Position numbers and translations under genes: made by a program. From the NCBI GenBank assembly GCA_028534125.1, contig CM052818.1:4404001-4468000 (forward strand): 64,000 nucleotides of DNA. Reading direction: 5' to 3'. The stretch comes from Lama glama (taxonomy: Eukaryota). The notes beneath the pieces were generated by a model. It was given only the letters and a program-made list of their open reading frames with translations, searched no databases and was not told the DNA's origin. Each line of letters begins with the position of its first letter. Within the stretch, counting starts at the first letter, position 1. Positions 52,146-64,000 of this stretch are shown piece by piece.

Positions 52146-52201
52146 CATAACCATTTGTTCTACATTTTCAGCAACACTTCGTATCTCAGGTTTCAAATTC
52201 A

Positions 52202-52310
<109 letters not shown>

Positions 52311-52329
52311 CACTGAGGGATAACTACAT

Positions 52330-53110
52330 ATAAAAGGGTTCTGGGACACAGTGTGTTTGTGTCTGTGTGTGTGGCTTTCCTCTGTACATTCACAGAATTC
52401 TCAGTTGCCAGCTGGGTGTCCTACAGAATTCAACTCAATTCTGACAGTGTCTGTCTAGAGATAACATTAGATTGCACAGGTTAAGAGCTCAGTCCTGCAG
52501 GACCTTCCCTTCCTCGTTTAGATTCCAGTTGCAAGTTCAGGTTGTCACCTGAGGTTCTGACCAGCTAGTTATAGATTGGAGGTTCCAACAGCTCCCTCCT
52601 TGGGTTTGATTAATTTGTTGGTGCAGCTCTCAGAACTCAAGAGAACATTTTACTTACTAGATCACTGGCTTATTACAAAAGGATGCAACTCAGGAACAGC
52701 TAGATGGAAGAGATGCAAAGGGAGCTTCCACGCCCTCTCCAGGTGTTCCACTCTTCCTGCATCTCCATTGCTCACAAGCCCAGAAGCTCTCCATCCCGTC
52801 CTTTTGACTTTTTTCTGGAAGCTTCATTACATGGGCATGATTGATTACATCACTGGCCATTGATGAATGGTTCAACCTTCAGCCCCTCTCTCACCCCCAG
52901 AGATTAGGTGATGGGACTGAAAGTTCCAGCCTCTGATCACATATGATTAGCTCTCCTGGCACCTAGACCCTATCATTAGGTCCTTGCCCAAAGTCACCTC
53001 ATTAACATAACAAGGCACCTTTATAGCTCTCCTCACTTAAGAAATTCTGAGAAGCTCTGTGCTAGAAATGGATGAGGATGAAATACGTTTCCTATTATGT
53101 ATCAGAATAT
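52330..53110. mobile_element. LTR element (MER21-like)
   Basis: ccagctgggtgtcctacagaattcaactcaattctgacag...acaggttaagagctcagtcc...ccaaaagtcacctcattaacataac. Confidence 0.65.
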
Positions 53111-54214
53111 ATGTAGGAGTGTTACATCTTCCTAATGAACTGACTCTTTTAAAGTTATGGAATAGTCTTATTTATCCCTGGTAACATTCTTTTTTCTAGA
53201 TTCTACATGGGCCGTTATTACTAGCCAGTCTTTCTTTTGATTATTATTTGTGTGGTATATCTTTTTCTGTCTTTTTAGAACTCCATCTCTGCTCATTAAT
53301 AATGCCATTTTATTAATGTTTGCTACTTCTATCTTTATTTTAATATGTATTTGGTATATAAAGTGACATAAAATTAGGTTAACCAGTTCTGGAAAATTAT
53401 CTACTATAGTTTTCAAGGGAAAGACTAAGTATTGGCAACAAGGTAAGAACTGGAGATGCCAATTTACTGATAAACTTTTCTTAGACTTTACGTTTACTCA
53501 GAATAAGAGGTAATTTAAGAGTTTAAAGACTAGCCAGCCAGACTAAAATGGTATTTCAGGCTGTATTCAATAACTTCTTAGGATTTGTAAGTATATTCAA
53601 ATATTTCAGTGTTAATCCTGTTGTACACGCACTGCCAGACAGGGTCAAGGTTAGACAGATGGGGTGTGGGATGCGTGCTGTACTCAGTTTCATTACTGAA
53701 CATTAAAAATTCAATTTGTATTACTTTAAATTCTGTAGACTTTTTTACAAGTTCTTGATTTTTACCTCATATGAGATTGTTATACTTGGAATTTTTACAG
53801 TCTTAGATTTAGAACTACTCCTGGTTCCATTAACCGAATGGTTGACCTACAAGCTACTTGACCGCCCTGGGCCCAGTCATCGAGAATTGTTCAGTGTAGA
53901 CATTGGGTCAGGTCTGTAGTTCTTCTGGGGTATTTTTTCCTTAAGTAAAATTTTTGCAAAGTAGGAATTCAGGCAGATTATAGTAACTTAGAGTTTATCC
54001 ATGAGCTAAGACTTCTCATGAAAAGAAAACTTTGGAGTCCAAGTGGCTGGCTGTCTTGCGTTGGGTCTACCTTCCTAGAAATATTTTTCCTGTTTCAGTT
54101 GCACACCACACAGAAAACTCTGTTTCATTGCAGGTATAAATAATAACAGGTCTTTGTTTTCTTAAAAGTTTTACAGTCTCAGGAAACTCTTCAATTAAAT
54201 AGAGATGGCAGAGA

Positions 54215-54334
54215 GGGGAGGGTATAGCTCAAGTGGTGGAGTGCATGCCTAGCGTGCACAGGGTCCTGGGTTCAATCCCCAGTATCTCCTCTAAAAGTAA
54301 ATTAAACCTAATGACCCCTCCCCCCCAAAAAAAA
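54215..54334 (+). mobile_element. tRNA-derived SINE (Vic-1-like)
   Basis: ggggagggtatagctcaagtggtggag...gggttcaatccccagt; duplication agagatggcag/agagatagcag. Confidence 0.9.
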
Positions 54335-54697
54335 GAGATAGCAGGAGGAGCTTTATTCTGATCTCTACACAAAAATAAGTTCCTCTAGCAGGACAAGTTT
54401 AGAGTATTGACAGTCTCCAGTGTGTTAAAACTTGATACTCAGTATATCTAGGGCATTAATTTAAATCAGACGTTTGCATATGTCTTAAGTGGCAGAGCCA
54501 CTTAAGGCCTGTTTGAGTCAACAGCTCTTTCTATCATATTGTAGTTTTTTTCTTATCAAAAAATATTTATAGATCCAGGCACATTAGTTTATGTCTTATT
54601 TCCCAGTGTTTTGTGACTCAAAGTATTTAAGTATAATCTTTTAAAAACATTTGTGCCAATTGTATGACTAATTATTGTCATTATTTTTTTTCTCCAG

Positions 54698-54737
54698 GGA
54701 AATGAGGCGAGTTATCCTTTGGAAATGTGCTCACACT
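54698..54737 (+). CDS. PPP3R1: PPP3R1 exon 2 (40 nt), GNEASYPLEMCSH plus first base of F
   Basis: Branch-point-like tgactaat (54665-54672), ttttttttctccag acceptor, GGA AAT GAG GCG AGT TAT CCT TTG GAA ATG TGC TCA CAC T, donor gtaagt. Peptide matches calcineurin B residues 2-14. Confidence 0.97.
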
Positions 54738-56019
54738 GTAAGTCAAATATTCTTACCGAGAACTTCTTTTATTTTCCCATCTCTGTATATGTTTGTATGT
54801 AAATCACATATTTCTATACATCTGTATAGCAAAGTTAGTCCTTAACACTTTCAAATGGGTAGTGGATTTGACTTAAAGTCTTTATAAGTTGCCAGAATAC
54901 GGAAATTTTTTTTATAAACCTCTTTATTGTTAGTATCTGTGCTATGTTGTAGTTACACACCGACCCTCAAATCTCAGTGGCTTCACCCAGCAGAAGTTTT
55001 TCAGATTAACAAAGCTTCAAGTAAACAGTTAACTTACTATAACTTGTGATTACGTAAAATAAAGTGCTTATTGGAGGCAAAACTGTGGTAGACTAAGGAG
55101 CTATTGGCACACCCTTCCGGGCAGAGTGAGGAGTGTAAGAAGTGGGGGTGGACTGATGATTTCTGACTGTCCTGGAGAACATGAAGAAAATGACAGTCTT
55201 GGGAATTCTTGAGTCAAGGATCAGAGGACCAGGGAGCTTAAATCATAACCAGAAGGTCTCTTGCGTGGAAGGACAGTGACGGGGAAAGAGGGAGGTCATG
55301 AGAATTGGAATGGGGCCCCTTGGTGAATTTGGATGCCATGAGGTCCCAGGACTGCCCAGCCGTTCTGAGCCTCGCTTGCCTCTCCTGCCCTTCCTGTTCG
55401 GCGAGGCTGGTCCTGCCTTGTTTGCAGGCATCTGACCTTGTGATGCGGTGTCTCTTCTTTTCTGTCTCATGAAAGCCATTTCCCCGTTACCCTTGTTTCG
55501 TTAGTCTCCTTTGTTTTCCACAAACACGTGTCCGTTTCTTTCGTTCTCGTCAGCACCTCTGCTTGCCTGTGGGCTCTGGGTGAGCGGTCTCCCGCCAGCT
55601 CCTTAATGGCTGGCATCCTCTCGGCGTAGACATCCACTCTGCGGAGGACTTTTCCCTTCCTCTCTGCTCTCCTCAGGTTTCTCTTGATCATGGGTAGTGC
55701 CCTGTTTATTTTCTTTAGAGCAGTTCCCATAAGCTTAAGTTACTTGTTTATTAACCCACTTTCTCTTCCATTTTGTAACTTCTACAATTTTTTAAACTTT
55801 TTTTTTTATGGTGACACTCTGGCCAGTAACCCACAATTCTGCCATCCCAGGTGCTATTTACACTTTATTTTACTCTTTCCTCCCAGGCTTTCCTTTATGA
55901 ATTTCTTGTATAATTGTGATCACATGTAGATGTGTATTGCTGTTTTAAACATAAAGATAAAATGTTGAATCCAGCATATTAGAATGGACTGAAACCAAAC
56001 CTGACTATGACTGTAGACC

Positions 56020-56220
56020 AGAGGCTGGTAAACTACCATCTGGCGACAGTTTTGTTAATAAAGTTTTATTGGAACACAGCCATGCCTGTTTGTTCACACA
56101 TGGTCTATGGCTGTTTTGTGCTACCATGGCAGAGTTAAGTAGTTGCAACAGATCACGTGGTCCATGAAGCCTACAATGTTTACTGTATGAGCTCCTACAG
56201 AAGCAGTTTGCTGAATCTGT
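56020..56220. mobile_element. MER58-like hAT MITE
   Basis: aataaagttttattggaacacagccatgcc...gtctatggctgttttg. Confidence 0.7.
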
Positions 56221-59075
56221 TACAGAGTGTAGCTGTCTTCTGGATTTGAGAACTGTCACTTCTGTTGCTGCCGAATCTCTCAAATATGGTCAGGATAAGA
56301 GTACTTACAGACTAATGCCGAGTGCTATCTAGATCTGATTCTTGTCTGTGTCACAGTTAATGTGTCAGGATGGTTTCTTTAGAATTGGAAGGGTTCTGCT
56401 CGGGACTGTGCCTTGCCGCTTGCTGTTCAGCCGGAGCCTGCGGCGTGATCCCCCCTCTGCCTGCTAGTGGGCAGGGAGGAGGTGTGCGCGTCTGTGAGCG
56501 GCTGGGATTCAGGCTGCAGACAGAGTTGGGGTGGGCTGTGTTGGGAGTACAACTCCTAACAGGAATGAGGTACCAGGAAGTTAGTTTTTGTCTCTTGGTC
56601 AAGAAACAGAGGTCCTAAGGGGACAGTACGTCCCAGGTTCTTACCGTCTGCTCTCTCTTTACATTTGGGACTAAGGATCATTTACCTGACTGCAAAGAAA
56701 AACGTACCAGGGCAGAAGATAAGGTGGACGTTCCCTTTGGTACATCCAGGATGGCAAAAGCCAAGTTTTTAAAAACAGGAAGTGTTGGAGTAGATTTCAT
56801 ACACTGGTAAAGCTGTTTCTTTCGATTTTATCTGCAGAACTTGGTAGGTCTTCTTTCTTATGACTTCATCTGTGCTTTGATGAGACTTGAGCCTTGTGAG
56901 TAAAGGTCTGTACTTGCCAGTGATTGTCCAGCTAGCTGTCAGGCAGTCTGAGTTCTGTGATCCAGTGTATGTGTAGTTTTCCTCTGTATCCTCTTTGGTT
57001 CACTAGAGTATATTATGCTTGTCTTTTATACATGATTTGGATGAATTTGAACTTATCCACATTAAAACTGCCACTTTTTTCCTACCCACACATTGTAGTA
57101 AATCTTTTTTGCTCATTTGCAAAACGTCTTTATTATTGGAAGAGTTAAGTGTTCTCTGTAAACAGTTGCTGTCGTCCCTAAAATGTGAAAACCAGTCTTG
57201 GAGGCACTTTGCTGTTTCTGCCTCCCTCTTCAGGTGCTGCCTTCCCGTCCCCTTGAGACCTAGCTCCAGAGTCCCTCTGAGTCCTCTGTGAGCTCCTGTG
57301 TTTGCCCAGCCTGCCAGAGTCCTCCCCACTCCAGTCTGTGTCCTCCCCACTTTCCAAGTTTCACTGTGTCTTTCATTCTTTTCATATTTACATTGTGATT
57401 TAAAAAAAAAAGGTAATCAGATTCTGAATTATATGCTGTAAAGTACTGTTTTCAGCCCTGTGACACACAGGTAAGTACCCACAGAGTGCTTACAGTCTGA
57501 AAATAAGAGCAGTGCATACATTTTTACGGTGGAGGTAAAACCATTATAAGACATAAAAGCAAAGGTTCCAAGGAGGGAAAATTACCTTTGGTTAAGAAAA
57601 TTAAGATAAGCTTCGTGGAGGGGGTGATATTTGAAATTATTTTTGAAACCTACATTAAGATTTGAATGCTGATTAATTTTTTTTACCTGTCTGATTATTT
57701 GTCCCTTTCAATCTTCTCAAATTCCATCCAGATCTTCAACATTTTATCTCAACCGCTTGCATAATTCTTTCTACTGTGCTGCTTTTAATCAGTGATTATT
57801 ATCTTCTAATTCTTAAGAAAACAGAGAACATTTATACGTGTTCACCTCGTCGCCTCCTCGCCCCCCGCCTCCCACATAAAGACATTTGGCCATCACCTCA
57901 CTCGTGCTTAACTAACTCCTTGCTTTCAGTGTCAGAGTCTGGGTTCTGCCTCCCGTATTCGAGGTCAGCCTGTGCACTTAGGCCTTTGCTCTCGTCCCCT
58001 CTCATCACTAGGACCTTATTTTGTTGGCTTTTTCTGTTTTTTTTCCCTATGTCTTCAGCTTCTTCATCTTTCTTCAGTTTATTGACATAATCAACTCCCC
58101 TTTGATCCTGACCCTGCTCTATTGAAGCTTACTGTTAAGATCACTTTTAATTTATTGATACATTGCCTAATTGCTAAATCTGATGGATTCAAAAGTCATT
58201 TGTAGTGTTTGGGAAATCTTGAGCACTGATCATTTTAAATCAAGGAATTTATTAATAATGAACGTTTCAGGTGTAATGGTATTGTCATGGTTTGTATGTA
58301 TATCTTAGAGATAGGTGATAACTACTGAACAGTGACAAGGCATGGTACGTCTGGGATTTTCTCTAAAATAATTGAAGCGACTGTGTAAATAGTATTTCTA
58401 CTGTGTTAATCGTTGAAGCTGGGTGATAGGAATGTGGGATTCATTACACGGTCTCAACCTTTGGATGTGTTTGAAAGTTTCCTTTTATAAAGTTTTTTTT
58501 TCCCTTGAGTGGAAAAAAGAAGCAGGAAATAGCTGAGAGTAATATGAGGGAGAAATAATAATTTCATTATAGTTAAGTATGGCATGTAACACAGAAAGCT
58601 TCAGGGCTGTTAAGCTGACTTTCACCAGTAAAAGAATCGAGGTGTTGACAGTGCAGTGGACGTGCAGCGCCTGGCATCGCAGGTGCTGGATTACTACCTG
58701 TTGGCTGAAGAAGCTCGCTGGAGCTTGGAGCTGGACTGTACAGACAACTGGGTGGGGAATTTTAAAGGTTGTCTCTTAAAAAAAAAAACAACAACAGTAC
58801 TTACCCCAAACCCCATTTGTTTTCCTAAATAATAACAAGTAATATGACATTTAACACGTGCTGGGCAGTGTTCTAAGCACCTCCATACGTTACCCTTTCT
58901 CATCCTCACAGTAGCCTCGTGAGAGAGCGGTTGTTACTCTCCCCACTGTGTAGATGAGAAAACAGGCAGAGAGAAGGTCAGTAACTGGCCTCAGATCACG
59001 CAGCAGCTAGAAGAGTAACAAAGCCATGATCTGATCTCGGGCATGTTTTTAATCACAATACTCCAGTAATATATA

Positions 59076-59207
59076 TTTTTAAAATTTCATTTATCTTGGG
59101 AGGCGGTAATTAGATTTATTTATTTATTTTTAGAGGAGATATTGGGAATTGAACCCAAGACCTTGTGCATGGTAAACAGGTACTCTGCCGCTGGAGCTGT
59201 ACCTTCC
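59076..59207 (-). mobile_element. tRNA-derived SINE (Vic-1-like)
   Basis: gggaattgaacccaagaccttgtgcatg...ggagctgtacc; flanked by duplicated tttttaatcacaatactc. Confidence 0.8.
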
Positions 59208-62200
59208 AAGAGTCATATTTTTTTAATCACAATACTCAACAGCTTCTCTTATAGTAAACCTTACAACATTAGTGTTATGTTTGTCTCCATGAATCATTTT
59301 AGGTAAAACCGGACTTGTCTAGGACACGGTTAGGTATTCTCTGAGTTTTTTTTGCAGGGTAGGGGGATGGTCTCTCTCAATTCAGTGTTTGCTTTTTATT
59401 GAGTTAAATTATTCTTGTTCATTGTGACTTTTGTTTGTTGGCTAACCTGTCTGGACTGGGAAATGTATACTCTGTTGGGGTGATTTGCTTAAAGTTGAGA
59501 CCGTGGTTGTAACTTGGCATGTCAGCTTGGAAAAGTGGCTGAGTGCGAGATACTCTGTTCGATAGGTTCCACGGAGGGAGGGCTAGATTGAAAGTCTGAG
59601 TGGAAAATGAGATTAATTGTTTTAATTTGATAAAACCGATAGAATTCTGAAGCGTTCCAATAAAATTGGTAAACATAGGGCCTATTTTGTAGACTGAATA
59701 TAGATAAAAGACTTATTGAGTCTTTTATCTAAAAAGATTTCTGAGTTTTCTTTCATTAGAAGGTGACCCAAGAAGAGCTTGGCAGACTCTGAAGGAACGT
59801 TTCCTTTTGCAGAATGAAGTATCTGTAGAAACCTTGAAGATGTCTTTAGCCATTTGGACGCTGCTCTGATTTTGAGTAAACAGTCTCTTGTGCTAGCGGT
59901 TTTGTTTCGGGCTTGGGTATTTTCAAGGGATTTGAAAACCTAGAGATACTGACTTGTGCTGTTAATTTCTGCTCATGATCACATTGTCTCAGGGAGCTTA
60001 CGTGTTTATATTCTTAGACTAGGGTTTTTCTTTGTTTTGAAAACAAGACTTTTTACTTTTTCACAGGAAAAGTTAATCTAAAGTTAATTTGATTTCCTCC
60101 TTCATTTCTGCGTTCCATTATGTTTCCTTGCTTATATGGACTAGTTTAACTCACTTTAATTTTTCGGCAATGTGTATTCTGTGGAGTAACTTTTGGTTTA
60201 CTCCCAAATCCTTCTTCTTCATCTCAGAAATCTTTGGAGGAAACTGTTTTGATATCAAAATTTTATGTCATTAACTTTGAAATTGATTTGTATACTTGTT
60301 ACTTTAGATTAAAATCTTCATAAACGTATCCCGTGATTCATGCTTCTTGAGCAATCTACCAGCCCTGATTTATCATTTACGTGGTGGTTAGTGATCCTGA
60401 GCTCTGATGTATCTCACCTAGTCCACTGAGGGCTGCTTGTATTCTGCTTTCTTTCAAGGAAGTTTGTTGCCAGGTGATGCAGTCCATGAACTTAACACCT
60501 AGGCTTGAAGTTGTTACCTTGTTTTGCTGTTATACATCTTTTTTTTTTTTAATCCCTGGATTGTCTACTATATTCTAAGTATTTCAGGTTTTTAGGTGAG
60601 TGGGCTTAATTAAGAAAAGTGAAGTGTTAGCTCTGCTTTCTTTATCTGTACTGTCAAAGTGTCATGGTAGCGCTTACAAATTTGTAGCTTCAGCAATGAA
60701 GTCCATGACGTAGAGTAATTTGATAGTCTAGTACAAATTTGAATAATTTTGTATCTAGTATATAGGGAAGACAGTTACTTCAACTGGTGGTGAAAAAGCT
60801 TCACTAGCCATTTAGCAAAAGTATAAATTGTTGGATCTCCCTCAGAATGTTAGAGCAAAAGATATGAAAAAACATACGAAAAAAAAACTTGGGGAACAAA
60901 TACAGAGTGTAATAGCATCTGACTAAAAGACATCTTAGGAGATGTATTGGATAAAGTAGAAGCAAAAACAGTCAGTGAAATAGTAGGAGAAAATTTTCCT
61001 CACATGAAAAATCGAATGTTCTGATTGAAAGAGCATTCTGAGAGTCAAGAAGTTGGATGAAAAAAGATCTACACTTAGTATCAACGTCTTTTGTAATTTT
61101 AGAATTCCAAGAGTAAAAAGGAAACCCCAAAGTTAGCTGCTAGAGAGGGGAAAAGGTGACCTCAGAAGAATAAGTCAATTGGCATTGGATTTCTTAGCAG
61201 CAGCAATTCATTCAAAGTTCTGAGTTCCTAAATCCAGAATTTGATAGCAACCAAATGATTACTCAGGTGTGAGATCAACTTGAAGACATTTCCAGAAATT
61301 TAAGGACTTGAGAAATTTACCTTTCATAACTTCTTGAAAATGTACCCAGAAAAATGAAATGGAAGTTAGAGAAAGACGAACTGAGATCCAGGAAAGTAAA
61401 TCTCTAAACCGCCAGTTAAAATCCCAGGATAACAGCTATGCCAGGGGCCGAGAGAGCAGGTGGTTCACATTAGAGCAAGAAGCAAGAGTTGTCTGTGGAA
61501 AAATGTCTTCAAGAAGAGAGTAAAAGCCAATATATAAATTATGTGCTGGAATTTCTTCATGTTAAGATGAAAGGCAAGTCGGTAAGAGAAAAACAAAAAC
61601 AGAGACTGGGGCTGCAGTATTCCATTCTTGGCCATAAACCAGCCTGAGCTCTGGAGCAGCCAGAAATACGTCTTTTGATTAATTGGTGCTGGAAGTAAAG
61701 GAAGACTCCTGAATATGCATGGTTTTGTGGAAACATCATATCTGGGGGGAGTGGTACAAAGCTGAAGAAAAGTAAAGTAACATGTTTAAATGCAGCATGC
61801 GAGAGGGCTGGGTAAGGTACAGGGAAAGCGATGAGAAAGGAATACGACAGGTTGGGGCTGGATTTGACTCACAGAACAATGGAAATCTTTTGTGAGAGCT
61901 GCATCTTTTGAATAAGATACGTTACAGACGTACACAAAATACTTAGATTTAAAAAAATAAGCGTATGATTTTTAAGGCAGGGCTATTAATAACTTAGAAA
62001 ACATGAAGATGTGTTTTTATGATCTTGTAAATATATGCTTTTTCATTAGTTTACTTAGTATTTTGATTGGAACCACAATATAGATAAAACCAAAAGGGGA
62101 AAACTACAGTACGATACAGTACACCTTCAGCAGGAAAAGCAGTGATAATCAAGTTGGAGAACAGCTTAGAAATAATGTGGTTTGATTTGTATCTACCTGG

Positions 62201-62699
62201 AGTGGAAATGTTCTTATTCCCTTTTCTCCACACTTAGCCCAGGAATGCAGGGTGAGGATCAGCGGTGTCTCGGCGCTCTTAGCCTGCCTTCTGCATTAAC
62301 TCTTCAGATGGAACTAACATATGAAAAGAAATTATATCAGGAAGCGTTTCAGGAAACCCTGTTGCCCAGCTTGGCCATCGAGGTTCACAGCATCGAGCAG
62401 TTTACTGAGCTCTGTGGTCCTTTTCCTCATCTGGAATTTTTCACCTCCACAGTTCCTTCCAACTCTTTACATCACGTGGCTTATCTGTGACAGATTTTCT
62501 TCCAGAACTCAATGAGCTCTGAAAACAATTCTAAGAATGTATTTTCAGGATTAAGTGTGTAGCTTCTTTTATGACATTTTTGGACAGTACTCACTTGCCT
62601 GAGAAAGTTTTGATGTGCTGGATCATTTTGGGCCGTATCTTTTATATAAAGTAGGAGGAAGTTAGTGGTACCTAGCATTCACATTTTGAAAGAGCATTC

Positions 62700-64000
62700 T
62701 AGAAGAAAGAAAGCAAACACAATTACCAATATCAGTAAGAAAAGAATAACAAGGGAATATTATAAACAGTTCTATGCCAATAAGTTATACACTTTGGATG
62801 AAATGGACAAATTCCTTGAAAAACAAATACAGGCAGACCTCATTTTATTGCACTTTATTGTGCTTCAGAGATACTATTTTTTATTTTATTTATTTATTTA
62901 TTTTAAATGGAAGGTTTGTGGCAGCCTTGCATCAACAAGTCTGTTGAGGGGGTTGAGGGTATCGCTCAGCGGTAGCGAGCCTTTTGAACAAAATACCTGT
63001 ATTTTTATATGGAGTTAAAGTTTACTCTTAACCATATTTATATACAAAACAACAACATGGATCATAAATTTAAACTTAAAAGCTGCAACTATAAGACTTC
63101 TAGAAGACACGGGAGAAAATCTTTACGACCAGGATAGGCGAAGATTTTTAATATATTTATAAAACATGAAGCATAAAAGAAAAAATGGGTTTCATCAGAA
63201 TTGGAAGTTTTTGCTCTTTAAAGACAGCTTACAGACTGGGAGAAGATACTCGACATGCCTACGCCTGACAAAGGACTTGTGTCAATCAGCGTAGAGAATT
63301 GCACAACTCTCTTTAACACAAGCCACTTTTTAAAAAACGTAGAAGATTAGCAGTCACTTAACAAATGAAGGATACATGAATTGCTAATAATCATGTGAAA
63401 AAGATGCTCAGGATCATTCATCCTCAGAGAAATGCAGGTTGAAAGTGTAATCACGTAATGCTGCCTTCCACCAAGATGGCCAAACTTAAAAAGACTGACT
63501 GTACCTCAGGCTGGCAAGGGGGTGGAGCTGGGATTCTCATGTACTGCTGACGGGAGTGTAAGGTGGTGCACCGCTTCAGGAAACTTTCTAACAGTTTCTG
63601 AAAATTAGACATTGTATTACTCTGTGACCCAGTAATTCCAGGAACACATTTGTTTACGAAAAGACTAAGTAGAAGATTCTTAATAGCTTTATTCCTAATA
63701 GTCCCAAACAGGAGACAATAGGAATGTCTATTAACGGGTGATTTCATGAGCTGTGATGCAGCCGTACAATGGCATACCTACACTCCTGTGCTGTAAAACA
63801 GAAGCAGCTGACATGTGAAGCAGCTTGGATCAGTGTAAAACACTTGATGAGAAAAAGAAGATAGACACAGGAGGGCATATGTATGACCCCATATACATGG
63901 AATTCTAGACAGAATTTAGTTACAGAAGGCAGAACAGTGGTTGCCTAGGGTCGTGGTGGGGAGGAGGTGGGGCGTGATTGCGATTGACTGGAAAGGGCCG
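62700..64000 (+). mobile_element. Old LINE-1 with an inserted Tigger1 5' end (~62828-62945) and a truncated SINE head (~62948-62980)
   Basis: ORF2 remnant ITREYYKQFYANKLYTLDEMDKFLEK; tacaggcagacctcattttattg...ggtttgtggcagccttgcatc (Tigger1-like); L1 3' sequence continues to the window end. Confidence 0.7.

Noticed and set aside
54738..64000. PPP3R1 exon 3 (FDADEIKRLGKRF...)
   Set aside because: No matching sequence found; it must lie beyond the window.

Overview
Mammalian genomic DNA, probably camelid judging by the recurring tRNA-derived Vic-1-like SINEs. It contains two 500-N assembly gaps. The one clearly intact gene is PPP3R1 (calcineurin B) on the + strand. Its CpG-island promoter and exon 1 lie at about 25.0-26.4 kb, exon 1 codes only the ATG (26061-26063), intron 1 is 28.6 kb, and exon 2 (54698-54737) encodes GNEASYPLEMCSH. 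Exon 3 lies beyond the window. The most notable observation is upstream on the - strand, head-to-head with PPP3R1. Between about 2470 and 19700 there is a chain of roughly 25-28 AG/GT-bounded exon-like blocks. Many have lengths divisible by 3 or phases matching their neighbours, and they translate into protein-like frames broken by scattered stops, frameshifts and a young L1 insertion. This looks like a decayed multi-exon gene (candidate unitary pseudogene, about 5 kb of former coding sequence) that I cannot name. The rest is mostly transposon-derived (L1, L2, MIR, MER/Tigger, MaLR, ERV1 solo LTR, SINEs), plus a 3x49-bp tandem repeat, a local inverted duplication and microsatellites. All translations and repeat-family calls were read by eye.
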